Source: Nymphaea colorata
Taxonomy: Eukaryota
Length of the DNA stretch: 64,000 bases
Direction: 5' to 3'
NCBI RefSeq assembly: GCF_008831285.2
Contig: NC_045138.2
Location: forward strand, 37,448,001 to 37,512,000
Each line of letters begins with the position of its first letter. The first letter of the stretch is position 1. The notes beneath the pieces were generated by a model. The model had not been told where the DNA came from, searched no databases, and was given only the letters and a program-made list of their open reading frames with translations. Shown piece by piece: positions 1 to 12,800 of the stretch. The translations under genes were made by a program, and so were the position numbers.

Positions 1-49
1 TCTTTTTCTCAAATTAAAGTGAAAATTTGTGCAAAAATTTTGGATGCAG

Positions 50-3000
50 GTACCTGACAAGCAACAAGTTGACTGGTTCAGTACCCAGTTGGACTTTGAT
101 AAGCCAAAAGAACCTGTAAGTGTCTGTAAATGCAGTAATCATTTAGAATTTTAGGTAATAAATGTCATGAACGACGTGTCATGCTCTTTTTCCTCCTAAC
201 ATGCTCAAGGTAGTCATATCTTGAAAGACAATTTTCTCAATATTGCAGCCTCAGTTCTCGTATCGGGCATTCCATATTGTTAGCTTAAGCATTGAAAAAC
301 TTCATTGTTTTTCTCTCCATTTTGATTGTTAGAAGGGAATAAAATGTCTGCTTCTAGAATATGCAGCCATACTCCTGATATCTAGTGTGGTGTCCGGACT
401 TCATAGGAAGGTGGGTACTATAGGCCACAGATAGCGATATGCATGAAAGGATTCCCTTTAAGACTACCTGCTTTCAAGTCCTTTTCTGTTTGTAATGGAA
501 AAGACGTATTATTTCAGACTTTTTTCTAGATTTTTTCAAATGACTTTTAGGTTATCACTTTTAGCTTTCCCGTTTTTAAAATTGTCATCATCATGCTGCT
601 TTTGTTGAAGTTACGGTCCTGAATCTTTTTGCTTTAGCATTTGTATGATATGCTTTTCAGTGAACGTCATCTTATTTAATCTGATCTATGTTCTGGTGCT
701 GCAGGGACCTCTCAAATAACACATTCACTGGGGCTCCACGTTCTAGTTGTTCGGAGGGCAACTTGTAAGCATAGTAAAAAAATTAATGTTATGAAATTGA
801 ATTAAAGAGTGGAATGGTTTATTATTCATAGCTCAGAAATATCAAAATGGCAGTCTTTCCCTGCTATGTTTTCAGCCAAAGTTTGAAGCATCACGATTTC
901 ACAAGAAATGTCCTCTTTTCAGATATTATTTATGTACTAATGTATGTATATTTTACCTTGCTTTGCCTTTTGACAATTTTTAGAACTTCTTGTCTTCAAG
1001 AATTCTATTTTAAATATGCTTCTTTCTCTTCCATCAGCTCGAAGTTTAGAAAATGGTGGAAGAATTGCTTCCAGAAAACCCATAATCTCTATAGGCGTTT
1101 CTCTACAGTTGTAACTCATGATATCACCTCCTTCAGTTGCGTTTTTCTTTTTATGTTGTTTCAGTCGCTAACCTTTTCTCCTCAACCACTACAGGAATTT
1201 GATCGGTGCCTACTCCTCTATGAAAGATAATTCGTAAGATCATCATTCCTATAGAAAGTGTTAAATTACTTTTATGCTTTCATTTTCCTCTTCTTGAGTT
1301 GTGCTCATGTGTCGAAGTAAGCTGGGGATGAGAAACCGTATCAATGCTTTGTCTGGTAATGGTTTCATAACGGTTTACTTTGTGAAAACAAAGTAAACCA
1401 AAGTCTGCTATATTGGCTACCCAGAGAACCAACTTCACACTTCACAGTATGGCCTCTATCTGTCTTGCATTGTTTAGGTGAGCAATTGCCTTTGACCAAC
1501 TTCACCCTTCCCTCGCTTGCCCAAGTTTAATTCCTGTTTGAATGATCCTTCCACCAGGTGAAAGGAAGCATAGGTATGGCATGCACATATCAGTGCAATA
1601 AACATCTGCAATCCTAAATTCGTTTTGTCTACATAACTAATTGAAAAACAATCAAATTTTTGGTGACGTGCAGTTATGGAGTTCTATTGATCAGACTAAC
1701 ATATCAAAAGTTCTTTTAAATATATAATGTTGCTGCGATTTGTAATACAATTTCATCTTTTACAGAATCAATTCATGTTTGAGAAAGGACTTTCCATGCT
1801 TTAAAAAGGCACAATGTAAGTCTCATGATCGACTGTAATTGTTACACTATAAATTCAGTTCATCTTTGATCCTAAACTGAGTTGGTAAAACTGTTGCAGA
1901 CTATAACTTGTTTATAAATTGTGGAGGAGTGGAATATAAAATAAATGAAACAAAGTATGAAGCCGATGTGATGCGAAAGGGAGCAGCAATGTCTTTCATC
2001 GAACAAGACTCCCATTGGGCATTTAGCAGTTCAGGGAACTTCATGGGTGACCACTTTGATGCAGATGAATACATAGTTACCAGAACATCTAAATTAAATA
2101 CACCCAACTCAGAACTGTACACAAACGCCCGTGTTTCTCCTCTTGCTCTCACATACTATGGTTTTTGCCTTCAGAATGGCAACTACAATGTCAGTCTCCA
2201 CTTTGCTGAAATAGTGTTTACAGATGACCAAACTTTTAGCAGCCTTGGAAAGCGCATATTCGATGTCTCTATACAGGTGTGATTCTGGACTATTTTGAGT
2301 TGTTCCATGTGTCTTTGGCATGGCTTAACCCTTCTATACAGGGCAAATTAGTCTTAAAGGATTTCAACATCGAGGAAGAGGCCGGTGGCCCTGGTAGAGC
2401 TCTCATTAGGAGTTTCGATGCTAATGTTACAAGCAACACCATCGAGATCCAATTTTACTGGGCAGGGAAAGGGACAATGTCTATTCCAAATCGAGGAGTT
2501 TATGGGCCTCTTGTTTCAGCTATTTCGGTGACACCGAGTATGCTACTTGATACACCAACTCATCTTATCGCTGGTTCCTGTTGCTGTGCTTAAACTTTTC
2601 CCTTCTTGGCGCAGACTTTGAACCTGAAATTGACAGCGAGGATGCGCTCAAGATTCCAGTCATAGCTATTGTCATGATTGTCATTGCTGGTTGCATTATT
2701 CTCTTCTTGATTCTTGTGATCCTTCGTATGAGAGGTTGGCTGGGTGGTGGAGTACCTGAGGATAAAGGTTTGCATGAGCTAGCTGATTTTCCTATTTCAT
2801 AGTTCTTTGTTCTTCACAAAGTATTTGCAGATTTGGTAACAAAGCCACTGGGAATAGTTCATATGCATAATTCTTGCCTGCACATGCATTCACATGCACA
2901 GCCCTCTGATCATTCTTCTGGGAATTCCTGTTAAATAATTTTCTGGTCTGTAGTATACTCAACATTATGACCAGACACGGAATCAGGTTGCATACCTCTG

Positions 3001-5631
3001 CTTTAAGGCTACTGGAGGCTGGTCATTTGTTTTTTGTCATCAAGCTACACGATCCGACTAACATTTGGAGAAATGTGTTAAATGTACATTGCGTCCATGT
3101 TGAGCTTCTGAATTTAACTGACGTTCAGAACATCGTTGATTCTCTGAAAGATACTTTTCGTTGCCTTGACTTGCGTATAGTGATCCAGAGGACGACCCTT
3201 TCCATTTCTACTTTGTTTTTCTGATCTGTTCCATTTGATGATGCCAAAAACCTTTTGCTTTCTTTGCAGAACTTAGAGGCCGATTAGAGAAACAAACCGG
3301 ATATTTCACTCTGAAACAGATAAAAGCTGCCACAAAAAACTTTGATGCTGCAAATAAAATCGGCGAAGGGGGATTTGGCCCCGTTTACAAGGTCAACTGT
3401 ACTGTTTTGGACTCGTACCTTCCCTTATTAATATTTTGTGTCCTATTGAAATTCTCATATGGTACAAGACAATTTGGTGTTGGAAATGGGTTATGGTCAT
3501 AACATGTTTTAGTTCTTGAAATATTTCGTATTACGATTCATGTAGTTTTCTCTCTTCTAAACGAAATTTCTTTCTGATAATCTTCTGCGTCAGCAGGGTG
3601 TCCTTCCAGATGGAGAAGTAATTGCAGTGAAGGTTCTTTCATCCAAATCAAAGCAAGGAAATCGAGAATTTGTTAATGAGATCGGCATGATTTCTGCCTT
3701 GCTGCATCCAAACCTTGTAAAACTATTAGGATGCTGTATTGAGGGCAACCAATTGATGCTAGTGTACGAGTACATGGAGAATAATTCCCTTGCAAATGCT
3801 TTGTTCGGTAAGGCTACTGCAGTGGTGCACCATGTGATGGCGATTATCAAGGCTTTAAACAAATAAAACTTTTGCAGGTTCAGAGGCGGGTAGCGTGAAA
3901 CTGGATTGGCCAACAAGATGCAAAATTTGCATAGGTATAGCCAGAGGTCTGGCTTATCTACACGAAGAATCAAGGTTGAGGGTTGTGCATAGAGATATCA
4001 AGGCAACAAATGTGCTGCTCGATAAGGATCTCAATGCAAAAATATCGGACTTCGGTTTGGCTAAACTTGAAGAAGAGGGAAAAACCCATATCAGCACTCG
4101 AATTGCGGGAACAATGTAAGCAACCTTTCTTTCCTTTCCCCTCGATCTTTTTCCCTTCACTTCTTTGTTTTTTCACCTCCGGATCAACCAGCCATTGGTT
4201 TCAATATCAGTTATTAGTATGCACTGTCGTCAAAGACCCATCTAAAGCTAAGCTACTGAATTGATGTGCCTATATATCTTCTGGCTCCTTTGGTTAGTTT
4301 CTGTCGACGGCTAAAATTTGTATCCCTTCTAATGGTTATTGACAGAGGATATATGGCTCCGGAATATGCAATGAGGGGATACCTGACAGATAAGGCGGAT
4401 ATATACAGCTTTGGAGTGGTGGCCATGGAGATTGTCAGTGGAAAGAGTAACACAAGCTACAGACCGAAGGACGAATGTGTATACCTTCTCGATTGGGTAG
4501 GAGCTTCCGTTTCACCCCATCTTTCGTGCATCAAATTCTTTCCTTTCGGGAACGAGTTAGAAGAGAAACCAAGACCAGAGATCTCTTGGAAATCCAAACT
4601 GCAATAGCTAACCTCCTATCCGTATCCCTTTCAGCGTACCACCATAAACCTAGTACAGTTGTGGCTTTTGGTTTCAGCATTAGGAGACCCATGGGCCATG
4701 GGAATCGAACCACCGATTGCCCCCCATCGAAGCTGTGACCAGCCTCTTCGGGTCTTCTTTACAGCAGACCGACTTTTATAAAAAGTTTTGCCGAGTTTTT
4801 CTAGGTGGACTTGTAGACGACAGAATAATGAACTTAAGGTTCGCGGATCATGATCGAGACTCGAGCAGGAACTGACTACACCTCAGGAGGAGTCGGGACA
4901 GGTTAGAAATATTGAAGTTAGTCCGATCACACCACAGGAGAGCTGTGCGAAGTTAGGAATACTAAAGTCAGCCTGCCATTAGGTGTCGCATGAAGATAAC
5001 GTTCTGCTGTTCCTGTTCAGTAATGTCCGCAATAAGACAAGTTTGTAGTTTTTCTAATTAGTACATTATCGCCTTGTTTCTGTTGGGGTTGAGTATTGAA
5101 TCAAGTTAAAACGGATAACGAAAGATCTGTTACTAAATATGCGCGCTATATCCTGTATTTTTTCTCCCGTTTGAAGTTTTCACCACTGACGAAGATTCTG
5201 GAAATGTACAGGCCTATGTCCTACAAGAAAAAGGAAGCCTCCTGGACCTGGTAGACCCCAGCCTTGGAACAAACTACTCAAAGGAAGAGGCTTTGAGGAT
5301 GTTGAAGGTGTCCCTGCTCTGCACGAGCCCATCTCCCACGCTCAGGCCTTCCATGTCCACTGTGGTGAGCATGCTTGAAGGTCGAGCAGCGGTGCACGAG
5401 CCCGCCGCCCCTGTCAGCGGCGTATACTTGAGCGACGATTGGAGGCTCAGGGCGGCCAGCGCCTCTTTCTTGACCGACGCTGGCAGTCTGTCTCCCTTGG
5501 AGCCCCAGACAGAGGTGACCGACCAATGGAATGATGAGCCGGGTTCCATGTCTGCAAGGGCAGAGCAGACCACCCTCACGTCAAGCAATTCTTGCAACCC
5601 CCATGACACGTTTGAGATAGACGTGAAATAG
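50..5631 (+). CDS. Gene A: LRR-malectin receptor-like Ser/Thr kinase (LRR-VIII-2 type), 5'-truncated by the window edge; last 12 exons
   Basis: GT-AG exons: 50-115, 705-764, 1195-1233, 1766-1815, 1900-2276 and 2342-2537 (malectin: LFINCGG...WAFSSSGNF...[19 protein letters not shown]...LHFAEI...YWAGKGT...[10 protein letters not shown]), 2615-2767 (TM), 3270-3391 ([10 protein letters not shown]), 3597-3807 (IAVK, EFVNEI), 3878-4115 ([14 protein letters not shown]), 4346-4496 (GYMAPEY), 5212-5631 (stop TAG). Exon sizes match paralogs B-D. Confidence 0.95.
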
Positions 5632-6844
5632 TGTCACAGTAAGGTCATATACTCGGTATGGTGGTATCGATATTAGGGAGAAGGTGAGCAGCCAAAGTGG
5701 CTTGATCTGTTGTATTGTTTCGTTCCATATTGTATTCTTATTAGCATTTTTTGTTTGTTGTAATATTCAGCTTTGTTGGTGCTCATCCAATTATAAATGG
5801 CAAAATTTAAATGCGTCTTCTTATTGTGAACACGTTCTTTCGGCCCCCGAAACTAATTATAGCTTGTGAGAGCGGAGAAGAGATACGGCCATTGGTAGGG
5901 GATTGGACTTTAAGATTTTCAAGTTGGAAGACAAGTTTGAAGAGTTTTATTGTTTGTGGGTATGCCGCAAGACTCAAGTGCAGTCTGACACGCGTTCGCG
6001 TAACACCAATTTGCTTAAACAAGAAACAATAAAAAAAAAATGCCACCGGTCCATGCTGACAGAGAGGGACCTTTTTGAATTCTTGAGATTTTTCAACGTA
6101 AATTCTTGAGCCAGAACCACATGCCAAGCTTGAATGGGACAATTTATTGGCCTGGAGATTCCCAGTTTTTCTTAGGAAAATATCAGGAAACAAGAATGAC
6201 TAAAATAAGAGAAACACAATGTTTTAAGGGAAATCCTTAAATTAAAAATTAGGGATGATAAAAACATGCGTAACTTATTTATAGTTAAAAAAAAATTCAT
6301 CGGTTTTGTGCACAATAAAAAATATTCATTATTTACTAATTAACGTTAGGTTATTACCAGCTTAAGCTTTGGTAACATGATGAACAGAAATGATCTAGTA
6401 AGTCCTTTTGATTAACCATGGAAAACCTTAGGTTTATTTAACAATATAAAAAAAATTATGCGTGTTGCCAATTGTTTAGGTGTATTTAAATTTCCCTCAA
6501 CTGAAAAAATTATTTTTAATAAAAGATTATGTTATCTTTAATACACACACATATATATATATAGTTATAAGAATGCTGCGTGTCTGAAAAAACTTTCATT
6601 TCAAAAGTGCAAATAAGTTGATTCGATGGCACAAAATTGCAAAACTTGTCAACCTTGCAAATAAGTTGATGTTTCCATTTACAAGCTTATAAGAATTTTG
6701 AATATCTGAAAAAACTCCTGCAAATAAGTTTATTTTCTATTACAAAATTACAATATAACATACAAAGAAAACTGCACAATGTAAGGAATTGCTGAGGAGC
6801 CACATTAAATGAACGAATGTGATACATAACACACACTATTCTCG

Positions 6845-9800
6845 CTACCTTCCAGATATATGTAGCCCTTTATCGGGAACCGACTGTGATGTGTCTGTCC
6901 ATGGCGAATGCTCATGAATTGATGGCACAGACTGAGTCATGGTGTCCTGAGACATGTATTGCGGCTTCAGCTGGTTGGTCTTCTGAGAGTGTCCACTCGA
7001 GTAGCCACTCGACGTCGATGTCTCTTCAACCCCGGCTCTCCCTTCAAGGATGTCTACAATGGTGGACATTGTAGGTCTGAGACTTGGAGAAGTGCTGGTG
7101 CACAAAAGAGCCACAGTGAGCACGCACATGGCCCCTTCCTTCGAGAACTTCGATCCTAGGCTCGGATCCACCAGTTGCAGGAGCTCCCCACTCTCTTGTA
7201 GCACATATGCCTGATGAAGGATTATACACAGCGGCAGTTAGTAATTCATTTTCTTTTATCATGCAGATACTGTTACAAAGCATGATGAAGACAGCCAACT
7301 GAATTGCTCCGCTTTGTGTATATGCCAATGGAAACTTAAATGATACATCAGAGCTAACAACCTTTTTTTTTTCTTCCAAGTTCATCCTACTTACAGGCAA
7401 TTAACAAAACCATTGTTGCATAATTGTAATTGAAAAATTCAACAGACGTTTTGCAATTTTAAAACAAATCATCGACTTGTTACTTTATCTCATTTTCATT
7501 CTCACAAACATCATTTTAAGGTTTCTTCGGCGAGGGTTTTCTCGGATAATAGAGAAGTTTGTTTTTCTCAGAAAAACGATGGAAATCTTAAATTTTAAAA
7601 TACAAAAAATAATAGAAAATATTTAAACATTGAGATTTCCCACTAACTTTGTTACCAAAAAAATATCAAAAACTGAATAATGATTAAAATATTTAAAAAA
7701 ACATTAAAACCATTTTTTTCTGGAAAAAGGAAAAGATACTAAAAATGTGATATTTCATTTTTGGCTTTTTTCCCAAAAGATTTTTGGTTCTACTGAGACA
7801 GTTTTGTGTTGACAAATTTACTTCGATTACTTACTTCGGAATGCCGGGGAAAAAGTAAGGGATGAGTCTGAAAATTGGTGCACAATAGGGAGAATATGTC
7901 AGCATCTCTCAAGGTAGGGACGCTTAAAAAGGAAACATAAAGCTGAGGGGGGGGGGGGTGTGACTAGAACCAATAACTTGACATTAAAAAAACATGATTC
8001 TTCCCTCGAACTTGAATTAAGAGAACTTCAATTTTTTTGCATCCTTTTCTGATTGCATGGCCGAAGAATGATCGTAACAACAGGAGGACTTTCATGTCAA
8101 ATTATGAGAGAAACTGACCAAAAAGAGCCATACCCTGTCGAGAAGGAAAGCAAAATCTTCATTTGTCGATGCACTTGTGTTGCTTTGGCCGCTTACGATT
8201 TCCAATGCTACAACCCCAAAACTGTAAACATCTGCTTTTGCTGTTAAATAGCCCCTCGTTGCATATTCAGGAGCCATATATCCTCTGTTGGGATCACAAC
8301 CACACGATCATGTAAATGAAAACCATGTAACGGCTCCTCAATGTATGCCAAGAAAAGACAATACAGCATTATCAACGCAATAGCAAGGACAGTACACTTA
8401 AGAGCCTTCCCAACTATGAAGAATCTCATGAAGGAAAAGATACCGCTAAAAACTGCGGGGGAGCCAATTCAATTACACACAACAATTATCATGTAACCCA
8501 TAAAGATTACCCTGAGCATGAGAGAAGATCTAGTACTCGCTTTTGCATACGAAAGATTTAGTGAGTGTGAGTTCGTGGATGTAGGGTCGTCATAATTCTT
8601 TCTCTTGCTTTTGTAAACGGTGAAGACCGGATATTTGCTATACTTCCAGCTAAAATAAAATAGCTAATTACTATTATTGGAATAACCATCGTTTCTATTT
8701 CTCAACAATAAAGAAAAAGTAGGATTTGTGCTAGAGGCAGGTAAAGAGGTTCTCATCAAGACAATTTTCACTTTTTGATCTATAGCTCAACAGCATTCCA
8801 CGTTTTTTTGGTTGAATTTCGAAAGGAAAGATTGTCCCTTGAACTCCAACGGTAAATTTTCCGTCTTTTGAATAACGACAACTGAAATATAAAACACTGC
8901 AAGCTACCTTTATTTCTCCAAAACTTGTAGGAAAAACACTTAAATGGTTACTTACATAGTCCCAGCTATTCTAGTGCTGATGTGTGTATGCTCCTCTTCG
9001 TCAAGCTTTGCTAAACCGAAGTCTGATATTTTGGCATTGAGGTCTTTATCAAGAAGAACATTTGTGGCTTTGATATCCCTGTGAACAATCTTCAGTCTGG
9101 ATTCTTCATGAAGATAAGCTAGGCCTTTCGCTATCCCAAGGCAAATGTTGTATCTTGTCCGCCATGATAGTTTTAATCGGTGTTCAGGGGGCCCTATAAA
9201 TGAGAGAATTGTCATGTATTTGTCTGAATTCCGCATAAACTATTTTACAGGATATCCTTCTACCATTTATCCCAAAGTCATCCAGCAGTGCCCTGTTTCT
9301 GGTTTGCGTGGCTTGATGAGCCAACCCACTACCAGATTATCCATTATTACAATATTCATGGTATTCAATGATAAATAAGGATATATCATACATGCAGATT
9401 ATATAGTTATGTAAAGTTCCAATCTAACACACCAGTATCTTACCAAAGAGAGCTCGTGCCAGACAGTTATTTTCCAGGTATTCGTATATTAGCATCAACT
9501 GATTGCCTTCAGTACAGCAGCCATGCAACTTCACGAGATTTGGGTGTTGCAAGGGAGATATCATGCTTATCTCATTCAAGAATTCTCGGTTACCTTGTCT
9601 TGAGCGTGATGAAAGCTGTTTAACTGCAATGACCCTGCCATCTGGTAGACTGCCCTGCTTCCACAAAAGTATGCCTTAAGAAGGAAACAAAGAAGATGCC
9701 CTGATGATAATCATTATGATTGCCTAGGTAAGGCCGTTTTGTCTAGATTGCCGCCGTAATGTACATCAAACATTCCTTTCATTCCAACCGTGCCAGTATG

Positions 9801-12800
9801 GGAAATCATCTATTTGCATTACTGCTTTTGCAGTGAAAAATAGGACTTCAGGACAGACTGCACACTCATGCATTTTAACTTATGACTAGGAATGCACAAC
9901 ATGTGATGCTCAGTTCGTTTGTAAAATGCAACTACTGATAACATAGTAATATGCATGAAGATAAATATTAGCGAGAGAACCGCAACTCAGGATGTCAGTA
10001 GGCGCACCTTAAAGACCGGTCCAAATCCGCCTTCTCCAATTTTGTTTGCCGGGTCGAAGTTATTAGTGGCTGCTTTTATTTCACCAAAACTGAAATACAT
10101 CTTTTCTTTCTTAAGAACTTTAAGTTCTGTGAAGAGAAAATGAAGTATTCAGCTTTATTATAAAGTATAAATTTAAATGCATAAGTACTTGGATTTCTAT
10201 GTACCTTCGTGTAGTGGATCTTTGCCACGTCGGAACTTCAACCATAGGATCATTAAAACCATGAAGATGACGACACAGCTAGCGATAACAATCACAATGA
10301 TGACTGCAGTAGAAATCGTTCGACCAGTTTCATCGTAATTACGAGGAGTAAAGTCTGTAAGAAAGCATGTGATAGGTTCATTAGACTACCAAGAAATTTT
10401 AGGGGATCAAAGACGAACATTTGGCTACGCGATATTCATATTATAGCCGTATGGTGGAATTCAAATTTCAGCAGGGACGTGTAAGAAGATGCCACTTAGA
10501 GTTGACCAAGGAATTCAGCCAAGCATCCCCAAGAGTTGCAGATAATTCATTCCCGTGTAAGAGAGATCCATCCAATAAGTTGAAGTAAGACATTGCAACA
10601 ATGCCGTCATTTATAAAATTGGAAACGAAAAACAACTCACTGGGTGTCACCGATATGGCTGAGATAAGAGGTCCTTCAATCCCTTTTTCTGGAACTACAA
10701 TTGTCCCTTTCCCTGCCCAATAGAAATTGATCTCCAAAGTGTTTTCCGTCACATTCGCGCTGAAAATCTTGATGACTTCATAACCTGGGCCACCAGCTTC
10801 TTTTTCAATATTGAAATTACTCAACACTAGTTTACCCTGCATGGTGAACAAACCAAAGGTTACTATATGCTCATCACGAAAAGAATTTACTGAAGTAGCA
10901 TGAAAATTTCTTCACCTGTATGTATACATCAAAGACACGTTCTCCGAGACTGGTATAAGTTTGGTCATTTGTGAATATTATTTCAGCAAAGTGAAGGCTG
11001 ACATTGTAGTTTCCATTCTGCAAACACAGACCGTAATAGGTCATGGTAATTGGTGAAGTACGTGCTGTCATATATAATGCTGGATCACTCATCAACAAGC
11101 TGGTTGTGTTGGTTGGCATGTAACTGGGGTTACCATTATCCATAAACCATCCAGTACTAGTAAAAGCCCAGTTGCCTTTGCTACTGACGGCATATACGGT
11201 ATCCCCTGTACTTCCTTGATCCCCTTCATACGTACTTCCATTGACTGTATATGTGGTCCCTCCACAATTTAGGAACAAGGAAGAATCTGACAACAGCATT
11301 TCAAAAAGTGACTCATCGCCAAATTCGTAAAAGTATCTCATCGTGAACACAGCCAATTGATTAAAGCTAATAATTTTCATATGATCCAAATCGTTAATAC
11401 TTACATTTTGCTACACCGGAGCAGGGGTAGTCCTTCCTTAAGCATGCAGAAGCTCTACAGGAAAAACGCAAAGCTATTAGGAATCTTGCTATGCTAGAAC
11501 TATCGATTCTTGCATTTCATAATATTGGTGGGGTTGTCGAATGAACTGAGTTACCAACTGTGGAAGCAAGAAGAGACTTGGGAAGGGGAAGCGAAAGCGA
11601 GGCGCTTAAAACTATTAGGAAGAGGGAATTGGAGAATAAATTAAAAGCAAATCAGAAGCGAAATCGTGAAGCGAAAAAGCAAAGAAGTGACTAGCAACCA
11701 TCAAATACACAATTTCCAAACTCCAAACTTCTACACGCCAAGGCTCTTATTTTGCATTACCAAAACAAAAATTGCCAAGAGAAAACATCTGAAATGCACA
11801 TTAAGAATATTTATCTTTCCGTTATGACAATGGGAAGGAGGAGTCGGAAGTACAGAAAAAAAATGGAAACAATGAAGAGGAAGAGCAAGTGAGGAAAAAA
11901 TGCAAAGAAATATATGGGAAATGAAGAAGAAGAGCAGTAATTGTTTGGCCCGTTGAGGAGAAGAAAAAACCTTACGGCCTTCCCTCGAAAAATAAAATTG
12001 GGCTCTTTAAAGTCCTTTTTTCCCTTAATAGTCAATTCCTCAAAAATCTCATTCGTCTTTTTGTAAAACGAGTTTCGAGCAAATCACGAAACAAAAAAAG
12101 AAAAATTATGAAACAGGGTGGATCCATTAAGAATCACGTTTACCCATCACAAGGATCTCGATTTTCATTTAATGAAAGCATGTCCAGTTTAAAAAAAAAC
12201 TTGTTTTTCTAGAAAACCCAAAAGCAACGAGTAGTCAAGGTAGTGGTGATTCTCAAAAGGAAGAAATATGGAGCTTACGAATTGTCAGTTGTAGATGAGA
12301 AGCTGGATAAGAGATTCCTGGAGCAGAAAGAAATGGGAAACTGTCAAAAGAGATTAACGCAAAGCTAAGTGGCATTTAAAGATGTAGTCAAACAAAACCG
12401 AGAAGCGAGTATTCTTACACGTTCGACGAAGGTTGGCACGTCACTGAATTTGCACCGACAAAGTTGTTGTTTGACAAGTCCCTGAAAGAACGGAAGTAAA
12501 AAAGAACGGAAAACGGTTCAGCAGTTATGGATATGATAATTGTAACGACACAGTCCAGTTCAACACTAAGCCCAGATTCTCAATTGGAGGATTCAACTTG
12601 AGGAGCCTCCTCGTAGCTTTGGTTCCCATTTCCTATCCAAAAATAGGATTAGAAACTAAGACAACAAATCATTTAGTCCATCCCCTTTTAAATCCGTAAG
12701 GTTGTGTTTGTTTCACAATAGATCCATAAAAATAAGTTTAGAATCCTTCACCTAGCAGAACAAAAACTTTTTTTCATGGAACACTAAATATATAGTTAGT

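Noticed and set aside
2268..2342. TCTATACAGG repeated at both ends of the 65-nt intron in gene A (possible intron gain by duplication)
   Set aside because: The same intron position exists in B, C and D without the repeat, so the intron is ancestral and the repeat is probably coincidental.
3590..3973. Antisense ORFs over exons (e.g. 3590..3973, 1901..2152, 5274..5609, 25337..25582, 20482..20769)
   Set aside because: They are shadows of the RLK coding strand with no independent protein features.
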